Shown here piece by piece: positions 24,965 through 38,600 of a DNA stretch of 64,000 bases. Origin of the DNA: Callorhinchus milii. Its lineage: Eukaryota. Both the position numbers and the translations under genes were made by a program. The notes below the pieces were generated by a model. The model was not told the DNA's origin. It saw nothing but the letters and a program-made list of their open reading frames with translations, and did no database searches. The stretch's first letter is position 1, and every line of letters starts with the position of its first letter. The DNA is taken from assembly GCF_018977255.1 (NCBI RefSeq), contig NW_024704743.1, positions 10,666,001 through 10,730,000 on the forward strand. The letters run 5' to 3'.

Positions 24965-25383
24965 GATAATAATAACCCTTGCATTTGATATAGCGATGTA
25001 TGATCTCAAAGCGCTTCATATGATTTTCTGTAAAGAGTAGTGACTGTATTTTGTAGGCAAATCCAGCAGCCAATGTGCACCCAGCAATATCCCGCAAACA
25101 ACCACAAAGTGAATGACCAATTTTATCTGGGGCAATTTGCCAGGACGGCAGGAGATACCACTTTCTCTTTTCAAATTTAGCAAGGGATTGTTAATCTCCC
25201 ACTTGAATGGGCAGAAGGGACCGCAATTGAATGTCTCATCCGAAGGATGGCACCTGCAACAATGCAGATCACACCCAGCACTGCAGTGGAATGCCAAATA
25301 AATGTTATCTTCAAAGTCCTGCTTGAACACAACACCTTCTGATTCATAGGTGAGAGTGCTACCAACTGAGCAAGGCTAACATC
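24965..25383 (-). mobile_element. DeuSINE (SacSINE1-like), full length
   Basis: Tail, Deu domain (tgtctcatccgaagga) and tRNA head (accttctgattcataggtgagagtgctaccaactgagc), all antisense. Confidence 0.9.
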
Positions 25384-25869
25384 TCAAGTCTTCCTGTTCT
25401 AGTTGTAAGCATCCTCTGCATGAAAGATACTTTTTAGTGTCTGCCCTAAAAAAATGCCCTTTATAAATCTGAACTTGTGTGTTAGTATTTCTGGATATAT
25501 AATTGTTCCAGGCTTATTTTCTTTATTCCTATGAAGTTCCAATTGAGATATTCATTTAAATGCTGAAGAGGCCTTTTCTATCTGATGGTTCTTCAAAGCT
25601 CATTTCTCTAACATTGGAGATCATCAATCTCATGGTTCTCCTCAGTAATATCTGTGGTGCCTGGATCTCATGTCATGACAACCTGAATGGTATGCAGTAT
25701 TCAAAAGTGTTGATCTGACAAGAACACCTCATTCAGCAGATGCAATGTCATCAGTTAAAGCCAAAAGACCATTGAAAAATAAAAAAAAGCTTCACTTCTC
25801 TCCCTAACATGGGACTCTGGCTTGATTTGATTATCCATGTCAATGATCAATATAAAATCATTGTCCAAA

Positions 25870-26134
25870 ACATATACATGTAGAAATAAACACACATAGA
25901 AATACACACACGCAGAAAAATGCATGCAGAAATGAATATACAATCAAAATCTCATATACACAGAAACATGCAAAGAGATACAATCATAACCACACACAGA
26001 AACATACATACACACAGAATCACATGCACACAGAAACATATACACACAGAAAAACACATATAAATGGAATCACACACGAACAAAGGAATATACAGAGAAA
26101 CACACACATAGAATCACATACACACAGAAACATA
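25870..26134. repeat. Low-complexity (CA/CATA/CAGAAA) tract, left half
   Basis: Degenerate cacacagaaacatac units; continues at 28258-28390. Confidence 0.85.
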
Positions 26135-27871
26135 CATAGAATCATAGAATCATACAGCACAGAAAGAGGCCATTTGCGCCGGCTCCTAAAAGCAATCCAA
26201 CTCATACCACTTTTTCTCTCCATAGCCCTGCAATCCTGTCCACCCCAAATACCCATCTACTTCTCTCTTAAAAGTTGTTATTGAATTGGCTTCCACTACC
26301 CTTTCAGGTAATGCATTCCAGATCTGAACAACTCACTGGGTGAAATTTTTTTTCCTAACTTCGCCTCCGTTTCTTTTACCAACTATCTTAAATCGGTGTC
26401 CTCAAGTTACTGACACACATGCCAGTGGTAACAGTTTTTCTCGGTTCAACCTATCAAATCCTCTCATGATCTTGAAAACCTCTATTAAATCCCCTTTCAA
26501 TCTTCTCTGCTCTAGGGAGGATAATCCTAGTTTCGCTAACCTCTCCTCATAACTAAGGTACTTCATTCCTGCTACCATCCTGGTAAACCTCCTTTGCACC
26601 CTCTCCAATGCCCTAACATCTTTCCTAAAGTGTGGTGACCAGAACTGAACGCAGTCTCCAACTGAGGCCTAACAGTATTTTATAAATATTCAAAATAACC
26701 TCCTGACTTTTGAATTCTATGCCCCTATTTATAAAACCTAGTATCCCGTATGCTTTTTTAACAGCTTTATCTACCTGTCCTGCCACCTTCAGAGATTTGC
26801 TTATGTGGACCCCCAGGTCTCTCTGTTCATTTGCCCCCTTTAAGATTGTACCATCTAGCCTATACAGCCTCTCCTCATTCTTCCTACCAAAATGCAACAC
26901 TTCGCATTTCTCCACATTAAACCTCATCTGCCACGTTTCTGCCCATTTTACCAATCTGTCTAAGTCTTCTTGGAGTCTGGTGCTATCCTCCTCACCATTA
27001 ACTACTTTTCCTAGCTTAGTATTGTCTGCAAATTTGGAAATTGTGCTCCCTGTATCCAGGTCCTGATCATTAATATAGATCAGAAACAGCAGTGGTGCCA
27101 ATACCGACACCTGAGGGACACCACTACACACTTCCCTTCAGTCAGAAAAGCAACCGTTTACTACCACTCTCTGCTTTCTGTCTCCTAGCCAGTTCTTGAT
27201 CCATGTTGCCACAGTCCCTTTAATACCTTGGGCTTCTATTTTATTTATAAGTCTCTTATGTGGCACTTTGTCAAATGCCTTTTGCAAATCTAGATAAACT
27301 ACATCTACTGTACTAACCTTCATCCACCCTTTCAGTCACTTCATCAAAAAATTTGATTAGGTTTATCAGACATGATCTCCCTTTAACAAATCCGTGTTGA
27401 CTGTTCTTTCTTAAACCATATTTTTCTCAGTGAGAATTTATATTGTCCCAGATTATAGTCTCCAGAAGTTTCCCTACTTGATGTTAGGCTGATTTGCCTG
27501 TAGTTCTCAGGTTTATCATTCTGCCCCTTTTTGTACAGGGGAGTAACATTTGTAACCTTCGAGTCCTCTGGCACCACTCCAGTGTCCAAAGAGGATTGAA
27601 AGATTGTGGCCAGAGCCTCCGCTATTTCCACGCTTGCTTCCCTCAGTAACCCAGGATGCGTCTCGTCCGGACCAGGTGACTTATCTATGTTGAGCACCGA
27701 CAGCCTTTTTAGTACGTCCTCTCTGTTGATTTTTATCATATCCAATTTCTGTTCACACGCCTGCGATATTGTGGCATTGGTTGCATCGTCTTCTTTTGTT
27801 CAGACAGTTGCAAAGTACTTATTTAGTACATCAGCCTCAACAAGAAGATTTCCACTTGGGTCCCTAATTGG
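26135..27871 (-). mobile_element. CR1 LINE, 5'-truncated, tether plus RT domain, inactivated
   Basis: KSPGPDETHP, NVTPLYKKG..PENYRQISLTS, YLDLQKAFDKVPH, SGVPQVSVLAP, SKFADNTKL; catagaat tail. Confidence 0.97.
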
Positions 27872-28256
27872 AGTGGAGGGAGTGATGCGGTCCCGAAGCC
27901 TGGTGCGGGACAGTACACGAGCTGCGGAGTTCTGAATGACCTGCAGCTTGTGGAGGGAGGTGCCGGGAAGGCCGACAAAGAGAGAGTTCCCATAGTCCAG
28001 CCTTGAGGTGATAAAGGCGTGGACCAGAGTTTCAGCAGCGTGAGGGGTGAGGTAGTGCTGTAGTCTGGCGATGTTTCGGAGGTGATGGAAGGCGGTGCCA
28101 GTTGTGGTGCGGATGTGAGGGAGAAAGGACAGCTCAGGGTCGAACAGAACCCCGAGGTTCCTGATTGGCTTTGAGAGGTGGAGAGTGCAGCCTTGGATGC
28201 TGATGCTGTCAGCGCCTGAGGTGCGGAGGTGCTGTCGCGAGCCAATCAGGAGGGCT
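27872..28256 (-). mobile_element. Tail-less L2 ORF2 segment fused to the CR1 5' end
   Basis: ALLIGS..RNLGVLFDPELSF..AETLVHAFITSRLDYGNS..LQVIQNSAAR. Confidence 0.95.
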
Positions 28257-28257
28257 G

Positions 28258-28390
28258 ATGGAAGCACACATACACACAGAAACACACCCTAAGAGAACCA
28301 TACATACATACAGAAACACATCTGCACCCATAATTAGACTGTATTCACACACAGAATTAAATGCACACAGAAAACATATTCATGCAGAAA
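28258..28390. repeat. Low-complexity CA-rich tract, right half
   Basis: Same cacacagaaac units as 25870-26134. Confidence 0.8.
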
Positions 28391-29879
28391 TAGTGAATGT
28401 GCAATATTGTATCTCTCTTTGTAAATGCAGTACAGTCTGCAATATAGTTTTGTCCCAGGCATTGTGTGCAAGCATCAGAAGAAAGTAATACACGTCACAG
28501 TGCTTCCCAAGAATCACAAGTAAAAGCTGATCACCACTCCTGCCATAGCTTTAGCCTGGAATCCAATGAATCCAGCAGTGTATTTTACCATATAAAGCAT
28601 GTGAAATAAATCTATTCTCTGAGCAACACATTACGCCTGCATATAATTACAGTGACTAAGTGTATGAGTTGTTCGGTGCTGGGTTCTGGTCAGGTATTTT
28701 CCGGTCCTGAATCTTTCATCATGTTCCTTCATTCCTGAGATGGAGGTAAAAAAAACTTTAATATGATTGTTGCCAAGAGCAGCACAAGCATCCCAATAGA
28801 ACTGCAACATTCAAAGTGATTTCTGCCATATATTAATCACGTTAGTCATATCTCTCTGAAGTATTCGTCTTGCTGTCAAAATTTACTCTGGCAATTATTT
28901 GAATGTGATATAAGATGATAGCGAGCTTTAAGATAATAAGGCAATGTGATGAGCAATTTGATATAACACAATAAGGTGCAATATCAAATGAAACTATTAT
29001 TATTGTAAATGCATAAAGGAAATTGTCATGAAAAAGATTATTTGTGTCACTTTCTAATGGTGAAATTAAGATAGGATGTTTATTATGAAATACAGTTTTT
29101 TGAATCATATTTAAGACATAAATGGAAGATTTATAATAGTAATTGATAAGGTATGAACACATTTTCTTTTATTGCATTGCTGAAGAGAAATTCATGGCTT
29201 GAATAATGATGAGTTATCATGGCTTCAGGTAGAATGGTTCTGTTCCCTAATCTGACATTAGCAGCACTATAATTTATTTCCATAAAGAAACACAGTTTAT
29301 TTTGTTCAGAGGCTGGGGGTAAAGATTCAACCAGTTTAATGTTACGCAATTAAATATCCAAAATAGAGAAAAATGCAAAAAAAATTGACACATAATTAAA
29401 TTTTGTTATTCACTTCTTGGCTGTTTTTATGGGAGATTGCTGTGTGCAAATTGACTATTCACCAACAAATAAACAGTCACCGCACTTCACAATAAATCCT
29501 GTGAAATGTTTTAAGGTAACTCAACAACATGATAATGCATTACATCAAATGCAAGGATTATTAAATTTCTTGAATTGCTGACACAATAGTTTGGCACAAT
29601 GGCTAATAATATTGTCTTTTAATTTCCGAGACCCGCTTGTGAATTTATCCCAGACAAGGATGAAATACACTGAACCAATTTCAATTTTGCTCTGTCTTAA
29701 ATCTCAGTGAAATTATTTTGATCAATAGGGTTTTCCGTAAAGTACAGTGACTGTATTTTGTCGGGAGACAATTTGTGCAGAGCAATGCCCCACAGACAGG
29801 AAGTTAATGACCAATTTTAACTGGGGGTTGTTGGCCAGGACACCAGGGGAAACTGCATTATAATGTAAGCCTTGGCTTC

Positions 29880-29935
29880 CCAGCGACTTCTGTTTTTGTT
29901 TCAGATTTCCGACATCTACAGTATTTTGCATTTGG
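29880..29935 (+). mobile_element. Short fragment resembling the chondrichthyan Penelope-like terminal sequence
   Basis: ttctgtttttgtttcagatttccgacatctacagtattttgc matches the remembered motif ttctgtttttatttcagatttccagcatctgcagt; not verified. Confidence 0.5.
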
Positions 29936-30184
29936 TTTATAATTAAAAATGAAGGACTGCTCCATGAGTATAACTCTTCCCCCCTCGACTCCAAGATATT
30001 GGTTCACAAGATTGGTTCAAATGAAGAAGGCCCTTCGGCCCATCCAGTCTCACTCTTCCAGAACATTCACTCTACCGTTGCTCCCCATCACAGCATCAAG
30101 CTGTTTTTTTACATTGTTCATACCTCTTTGGCTCACAGAGCAAGGTCAATTCAATATCACCATCCTACCTTATTTTTCTTGCTT

Positions 30185-30395
30185 TTACGAGGGTAATGAT
30201 CCCTTAAAAAAACAATAATGATTTGATCATTCAATCCACGACTGTTTGTGGGACACTGATTGGCTGCCACGTTTCATCCAAAAAATATACAGTTAATTCA
30301 CTTTACAGTATATTATGTGAAGTGCTTTGAGATATTTCAAAGATGAGATAAGGCGTTATATCAAATGCAAGGATTGTTATTGTATATTATTATTG
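30185..30395 (+). mobile_element. tRNA-Ala SINE 3' half
   Basis: aatccacgactgtttgtgggacactg...ataaggcgttatatcaaatgcaaggatt. Confidence 0.85.
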
Positions 30396-32139
30396 CGATG
30401 CTTTATTATAAAATATACAGAAAGGCTTATTTGTTATTATTATTATTATTATCTCCACCTTATCTCCACACCCCTTCAAGCCCCTCTCTTTCATATGCCT
30501 GTCTAGTTCCCTCTTCAAGCATTCCGCGATGCCGTCCAGCATGAAGGGCACTATATAACTGCAAGTTGTCGTTCAAAGCTATAACAAACTACCCTACTCA
30601 GCAGGACTTTCTGTAACCCAATAACTCTCTGAGTGCAAGTTATTTTCCTAAATTATCCTTTTGCTATTTTTGTAACTTATAATCTTATAACTAAGACTCT
30701 AGTCACTGATTCCCTTGCCAATGGAAATAACGTCTTACTTTTATCTTGTTAAATTCTTCAAAATTTGAAGTGAGATGCCCACATCTGGATGCATTCCTCT
30801 AGTTGGGGATTAACCAATGATTCGTACACACTTAGTATTATTGCTTTGCTTTTTATTCCATATCTCTGAATATAAAACCCAGGAAACGATTTGCTTTCCA
30901 ATATTGGATTGGAGTGTTAACCTAGACAATGAACTCTAAGTCTTGACATGGGACTTAAACCCACAACAACAACAACAACCATAATATAATAATAACCATC
31001 ATTGCTGCATTTGGTATAGTGCCTTTCACTTTGGGAGGACATCTCAAAGCACTTCACAGGATATATACTGTGTATCTGTGGGCGATCTTCTGACTCAGAG
31101 ACAAGAATGCTTCCAGCTAAGCCAGACTCACAAGTATGCATGGCATTGAAACACTTATCAATTTCTTTTCAAATATTTCTATAATTAGTGGGATTATACC
31201 TGTCATCTTTTGTCATATTAACTCTGAGCTCTTTTACTATTCAAAATTAAATCAGTCCCATTAAATGTTAGATAACAGCACACAAGTCATAGTATTAATT
31301 GCCAGTTTTAACACACCATTACAGAATAATCCACTCATTGCAATCATACTAAATACATTCACAAATTAGAAAATAAATCTGCAAAATATTGTGACAAGTT
31401 ACTTAATAATCCCAAAGAATAATTTACCAATATATCCATATCCCAAGTTTAATTGATATGACAAAGATTGGTAAAAGATTTGCACTGATCCCAAAATTGC
31501 TTTATTAATCTACTCACATTTACGGATGATTCATTATGCTTCCTGGTTCCAAGGCCATACAATTATTTTATTCAACTAAAGAAAAATATCTACAAGCTTC
31601 CAGTGAAATTCAGTCCAGCCCAGTTATATACAATCAATTCACTTTACAGTGTATTCTGTGAAACACTTCGAGACATCTCAAAGACGATATAAGGTGCTAT
31701 ATCAAATATAAAGATTATTATAATTATTCTTATTATAACAAGCTTTGTTAAAATGCTGTTTCATTTATAACACAAATGAGGTGTGAATGTTTGTTCCCTC
31801 CTTGCCTATTTTTATATTGCATTGGAAGACTTTCCACTTCAACAGCAACAACTTGCATTTATACAGCACCGTTCACATGGAGTAGCATCCTGGAGTGCTT
31901 CAACCTGCCTACAGTCACTGCCCCATTCTCCCCTGCTATGTGCTCTGAGATGTTGCCCATGTGAAGGGTGCAATATAAATGCAAGTTGTTGCTGTACGCA
32001 ATTGGCTGCCACATTTTGCCCACAAAATATACAATCAATTCACTTTACAATACATTTCTGTGAAGCGCTTTGAGACAGTATCTTTATCAAAGATAAGATA
32101 CTGTATTAAATGCGAGGATTATTATTATTATTCAACTTG

Positions 32140-32370
32140 GCAGCAATATCCCTCAGACAATCATGGAGTGAATGACCAACTTAAATTGCAAGATTGTTAA
32201 TTGGTCAGGACACCAGGAGAAACTCGCTTTTCTTTTCGAACAGTGCAATGGGAACTTTAATGTCAACTTGAACATGCAGACGGAGGGTTTAACATCTCAC
32301 CAGAATGATGGCACCTCCAGCAATGCAGAACAATCCCAGTTCTACATTGGAGTATCATTTTAGATTATAC
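32140..32370 (-). mobile_element. DeuSINE body
   Basis: ggtcaggacaccaggagaaactc...tttaacatctcaccagaatgatggcacctcc. Confidence 0.8.
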
Positions 32371-32446
32371 TAGACTTAAAGTTTGACAGATTAGAGCACG
32401 CAGCTCACTCCATTATAACAATTACACTATAAACTGATTCCACTGT

Positions 32447-33095
32447 TCAACACCAACAACTTGCACTTATATAGCATCCGCCCTTCATCTCAGAGAGCTT
32501 AACTGTGGGGGAGCCTGACTCCGAGCCGGGGGTGGGGGGGGAGAGGACCGTAAGCACGGTTGAAAAGGAAGTATTTAGGTGGGACTTGAACAAGGGGAAA
32601 GAGATGACAAGGTCATAGGGATTGAGGAAGAGCATTCCGCAGTTTCAGGACGGAGTGACTGAAAGCGCAACATCCAATGGTGGAGCGGAGGGTGGGAGGG
32701 ACAAATGGGAGGCTTTTGTCAGTCGAGCAGAGATACCAGGTGGTGGACTGGGGATTGAGGAGTTCGGAGAGGTAGGGAGGTGCCAGAGAGTGAATGGATT
32801 TGAACACGAGTGCGAGGATCTTAAAATCGATCTGTTAGGTGTTGGGGAGCCAGTGGATCCTGACCAGAACTGGTGAGATGTGGGTACAGAGTTTGGCGAG
32901 TCTGAGGGAGAGCCCAGGGAGGTTGAGGAGTTTAGATCCATAAGAGTGAAGACGTTGACGGGAGCCAAAGAGTATGGCTTCCGTCTTGTCCACATTCAGC
33001 TGCAGGAAGTTTGGGAGGACATCTCAAAGCACTTGCCAGGCCCTGATGTCTGCCAGACAAGCTGATAAAACATCGGCGGACCTGGAGTCGATACT
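32447..33095 (-). mobile_element. L2 LINE 3' portion with internal deletions
   Basis: Antisense LSACLADIRAW, FLQLNVDKTEAI, LHWLP..IDFKIL..FKSIHSLAPPYLSELL; (ttg) tail. Confidence 0.9.
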
Positions 33096-34374
33096 GGAGG
33101 AGGCTGTCGGTATAATTCAGGTAAGTATTGACCCTCACTTGATAACTCTCCACAGGATCACAATTGAGATCAAGAACTTGAACCCATGGGGAATCATGTC
33201 TACAGACTTGCACTAAACAATGTAGTGTGTAGGAGAATGTTTGAGAATGACCTTACTATGCAGATAGTCTCTGGAATTTTAAGAACTAGCTACCTGCAAA
33301 ATGATCAAAATGTTTCTTTCTAACGTAACTAACGTTTCTAACTTAGTGCAAATGGTTGGTGGTGTCCAAAGTCCCAGCCACAACCATAACAGGTGGAGTC
33401 GCTGTAAGTAGTAGATGATTTAACAGGGAGCAGTAATGGTGAATCACCCTGAAACCAAATATTTAAAACCCACGAGAGATATGGAATTGATGGAAAATAC
33501 TGAGGTGGAAAATAAATGTTATGCATAAGTAAATAAACAGGCAATCTTCTCCTTTATAACAATCACTTTTAGCATCCTGAGAAAAATATTGATATCGGTT
33601 GTGTTCTTGAATCCCTACACAATAGACACCAGGTGCAATCCTGTCTTAAGCATTAGTGTTGTGGTTTGACTCCCACTAGCATGGTTAACTCCACAGGACT
33701 TTGGCCTAATTTATCTTATCATAAAACTTTGACGTTACACCCTTCAGCATTACAGCACATTTATGAGATGTGGTAAATAGGAACATTTGTTTAATGGACT
33801 ATGAGTACAGGCACTAATTTTGATGCATTCTACTGGAAGTATTTAATGTTTTGAAGGGACATTCTCATTAACAGGTGGCACTTTTAACAAACATTTTCCA
33901 AACAAATAATTAGTATTCTTGTAGGTCATTTGTTTGCTTCCCTGTTGAATCTCGTGTGTCTATAATTGAAGTCTTTTAAAATGACATTTACAAAACATAA
34001 CTTAAAGAACGACCATTTAATGTGCTTAATGATATGTTAAATCTGCTTAAAGGCTGTTTACTCAGCAGGATTGCTAATATTATTGCTCCACTTACTGAAT
34101 AGTAACAGTCAATTCCTACATTTATTGCATGACAAAAAATATATCCTTGAATGCCTGACTTCACCATTGGGGTTCAACAATCTGTGTTCAGGTACAAAAA
34201 AAAAGAACTTTTTTTTTTCGTGTCTTATTGCATTGAAATGTCTCAAATGTTTCAAAGGTAATTACTAACAAGCGCAGTCACAATTTGCTGATAAAGAGAG
34301 TGCATTTGAAATATTGCAAATATGTCACTTAATTTTTTTAAAAATGCTGTATTATCAAGGTTTTGTTTATTATA

Positions 34375-35075
34375 ATAATAATGATAATAATAATCCTATT
34401 ATTTCATACAGCACTGTATCATGTCTTCAGGATGTTTCAAAGCATTTCAAAGAATATACTGTAAAGTGAATTGACTATATTTTGTGGCACAATATGACAG
34501 CCAAATGGACACAGCAGTGACCCACATTGATTAAATGACCACATTTTTATTATTTATTTATTTCAATAAATATCTGATATCATTATATAATTATAATTTT
34601 ATCATTATATAATTATCACAGCTGGGGAATACAATTCTCATCCAGTTTTGGGTACCAAGGATTTGCATCAAGTAATTTGCAGCTTAGACAGATGCAACCC
34701 AAAGTCCAAACAGCATTCCCTGCATCTGTGTGGGCTTCTCAGCGCCTTGGTCCTCCCGACGTGAAAGGAGCTATAAGAATGTAATTTTGTTGTTGTTGTT
34801 GTTCTCACTCAGACAGAGGTGGCAGTTAGGCTCAGCTGATTGCACTCTCACCTCTGAGTCAAAAGGTTGCATGGTTAAGCCCCATATTGTGACTTTGAGC
34901 TCAAAGTCTTCTCGATCAAAGAGGCAGCCAATTAGTGTCCAACAATGTGCCACAAATAGCCAAGAAGTGAATGAATGTTGGTCGAATAGTGCCATGGGAT
35001 CTTTAACATCCATCTGGACAGCCAGATATTACCTCGGTTTAATGTCTCATCCAAAGGATAGGAAAATAGTTTAAT
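34375..35075. repeat. Composite of SINE pieces; inverted paralog of 54555-55650
   Basis: Shared junctions and private sequence with the 54.5-55.6 kb segment. Confidence 0.85.
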
Positions 35076-36229
35076 AGGTTTAAGACTAGATAAAATTTCA
35101 GATCTAAGGTGAGGAAAAGATTTGGGCTCAAGAAATGTGCCCTACCATTATTCAATAATCTGCTCTCACAATGAAGAATGAGCACTAGTAGCAAGCTATC
35201 ATTTGAGAAAACATCTTGCTGAAATGAGTTGCTGCTTTCAGGAGAGGAAGGGACAAGTCAGAGGGGAAATAAACCAAAAGAACTCTGCATAAAAGAAAGG
35301 GGGTTGGAGTGGGGAAGTGAGGTTACAATATCATAGATAGTATGATTTTGAACTTTAATCATCCTGAGTAGGTCACAGTAATGATAATAATAATAATATT
35401 TATTATTGAGAAAGTCAGGTCTGAAACACAATGATTTAAAAGTTTTAGTTTTGGCACTACTCTGATCAAAATATCAAGATTCCAGTATCTGGATTTTCTT
35501 TCTGATTTAATTCCTTCCTATTGACGTACTTTTCTATTGATTTTCATGCCCTTTGCTTTTTCAGGACCGTGAATTGAACAATCAGAATGTTTGGGTTGCC
35601 ATGGAAGCATTCATGTTCAATGACTATCAGCATGTGTGTCCAGGCAGTGTCAAACTAGAGTCAATCAATCTCACATCCACTCTCCAGGGAATTTCTCTGT
35701 TACTGTATTTTGATGACACGCCAGCAATGCATTAATCACATCTCTTCAATGAGACACATTTCAGGAATTCATCCAACAGCAAATGGACAGAAAATGTATA
35801 TAGTTGACAGAATACTGTTACACTTTTAACGCTTTGTCTACAAAATACACAGTCACCGCACTTTACAGTAAATCTTGTGAAGCACTTTAAGACGTTCTCC
35901 CGACATGAAAAATGCTCTATCAAAACAAAGATGATTATTATTATTATAAATTGTTGCAAGTCTCTGGCATAAATCATCTAGCGTTTTGCAACTGAGTGTG
36001 GAATGTACTGCTCCACGGGTGTGCAGTGAAATACATGCATGGAGACTTCTTACCAGCCTTTGAGTGCTTCTGAAATAACCAATGCATAAAAGGAGCATGG
36101 CAGACAGTCAGCTATTTTCAATAATTAGATTCTGAATGAGAAATACGCTTGACTGTTCAAGTTCTTTTTACACTTTGAAAGTAAGATTGGGCTGTGCACA
36201 GAGTGTAGTTTTTCTGCAACTTGCGGGAA

Positions 36230-36580
36230 ATTACCATGTTTAAAATGATAAAGGGATTTGATATGGTAGCTACAGAGAAACTAATTCCTCTAGTAGAGGA
36301 ATCCAGAACAAGGGGGCATAGTCTTAAAATTAGAGCTGGGCCATTTAGGAGTGAAATCAGGAAGGGTTTTTTCACCAAAGTGTAGTGGAAATCTAGAACT
36401 CTATCCCCCAAAAGGCTGTGAATGCTGGATCCATTCAAATACCCAAGACTCAGTTGGACAGATTTTTTGGTAAGAATATCAAGAGTTTGGAGTTGAGATA
36501 CAGATCAGTCATTATCTAATAGAATAGCGGAACTGGTGTAAGGGGCTGAATCGCCTAATCCTGTTCCTATGTTCCTATCT
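36230..36580 (+). mobile_element. CR1 3' end (GTTCCTAT-type tail)
   Basis: FKMIKGFD..EKLIPL..SRTRGHSLKI; tail cctgttcctatgttcct. Confidence 0.9.
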
Positions 36581-36649
36581 TCAGGTAGTCTTGTGAGAAA
36601 TGTCAAATCCAGCATCAAAGAGAATAAAAACACAGAGTCATTGCATTTT

Positions 36650-37995
36650 ACAACAACAACAACAAGATTACATTTGTATAGCGCCTTACACGTCGGGAGG
36701 ATGTCCCAAGGCGCTGGACAGAGTACAGCATTTCAGACCCGAGCTGTAGTTGGGGGGGTAAGGGAGTGGAGGAGAAGGGTGGGGGTGCAGGTTGGCCTAT
36801 GGCATGGCCGAAGAGGAGGGCCTTGAGGCGGGACTTAAAGGAGGCTAAGGAGGGGGTGAGGCAGTGATTGAGGGATGAAATTCCAGTGGTTGGGGGCAGA
36901 GTGGCTGAAGGCTCTCCCGCCAATGGTGGGGCGGGTGGGTCGGGGGACGTGGAGCAGGCCGGAACCGGCTGAGCAGAGGGAATGGGTAGGTTGGTAGGGG
37001 GTTAGGAGGTCACAGAGATAGGGTGGGACGAGGCCATGGAGGGCTTTGTAGGTGAGGACCAGGATCTTGAACTGGATCATCTGAAGGATATGGAGCCATT
37101 AGAGTCGGGCGAGAGTGGGGGAGATGGGGTTACGGAGCTTGGTGCAGGGGAGGACATGGGCTGCAGAGTTCTGGATTATCTGCAACCTGTGGAAGGAGGA
37201 GTTGGGAAGGTTGACAAGCTGGGCGTTTTTGTAGTCGAGCCTGGAGGTGATGAAGGCATGAACAAGAGTTTCAGCTGCCAGATGGGTGAGGTAGTGGCGG
37301 AGTCGGGTGATGTTATGGAGGTGAGGAAAGGTAGAGTGGGTCATGGCTTGAATGTGGGGGAGAAATGACAGTTGAGGGTCGAACAAGACACCTAGGTTCC
37401 TGGCTGGCTTGGTGAGTTGTAGTGTGCAACCATGGAGGTTGATGCTGCCAGAGCCTTGAAGAGGGCTAGTGCAGAGGTGCTGGCATGAGCCAATCAGGAG
37501 AGCCTCAGTCTTGTTCACATTCAACTGTAGGAAGTTTGTCCTCATCCAGGACTTGATGTCTGACAGGCAGTCTGTCAGGGCAGCAGTGGTCCTGGAGTTG
37601 AGGGTGGAGGCAGTGAACACTGAGTGTCGAAGGCGGCAGAGTGATCGAGGAGGACAAGGAGGCAGAGGAAGGCCTGATCACAGATGTTCAGAATGTCATT
37701 AGTGACTTTGACCAGGGCTGTTTCTGTGCTGTGGGCAGCATGGAAGCCAGATTGGAAGGGTTCATAGAGGAAATGGCGAGAGAGAAAGGAGCAGAGCTGG
37801 GATGTGATGACTCATTCTAGGAGCTTGGAGAGGAATGGGAGGTTAGAGATGGGGAGGTAGCTGGAGAGGAGGGATGGATCCAGGGAAGGTTTTTTCAGGA
37901 TGGGGTGATGACGGCTATTTTTAAGGTGGTGGGAAATGAACCTGTGGACAGGGAGAGGTGGATGATATTGGATAGGAGGTGAACCTGGGTGACAG
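36650..37995 (-). mobile_element. L2 LINE, 5'-truncated, RT core internally deleted at ~37617
   Basis: QSGFHAAHSTETALVKVTNDI..LDHSAAFDT joined directly to ASTLNSRTTAALTDCLSDIKSWM; full tail. Confidence 0.96.
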
Positions 37996-38344
37996 TCTTC
38001 CAGGGATTGGTAGAAACTAATATTCGCAATTTTTGAATCCTTGTTCAGAAAGTTTCATTTGAATTGGCTGAGATTTAGACACCAGTGACTGACGTTCTAT
38101 GTATTGACTGACAAAACATTATTATTACCATAACATGAGCACACGGTATTGCAGTCTGAGAGATTATTCTTTACTGCCCCAGTATAAGTGGACATAAGAC
38201 TACAAAGTCGATTCTATCTTGGTTTCCCATTAGCATCCCCCTATCAAGTTCCTGGCTCCGGAATTGCAGTTCCAGTCCAGGTTCATGAGATGCCATTTGA
38301 GTTAAGCTGGTACTGATAACCCATGAAGGTCTACTGAAGAGGCA

Positions 38345-38600
38345 ATCAACAGCAACAACAAATTATACTTGTATAGCACCTTTCACATTGGAAAAACATC
38401 CCAGAGCGCTGGACAATCAGGGGATTTTGGACCCGAGATGTGAGTTGGGGGCAGGAGGGGTGGAATGCAGGGAAGAGGGAGGTCTTTAAATGGGATTTGA
38501 GGCAAGAGACGGAGTGAGGTGGAGGGATTGCAGGATGGAGTTCCAGAGTGTAGGGAAAATATGCTGAATGCCGGACTACCAATGGTGGTCGAAACCACAA
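38345..38600 (-). mobile_element. L2 3' end
   Basis: TTIGSPAFS..LKSHLKTSLF; stem-loop tail. Confidence 0.88.

Noticed and set aside
29590..29670. LF-SINE-like head fragment
   Set aside because: The resemblance is from memory and too degenerate to call
33110..33130. Consensus splice donor cag|gtaagt
   Set aside because: The upstream sequence is antisense L2 with no clear acceptor; a lone donor motif is expected by chance
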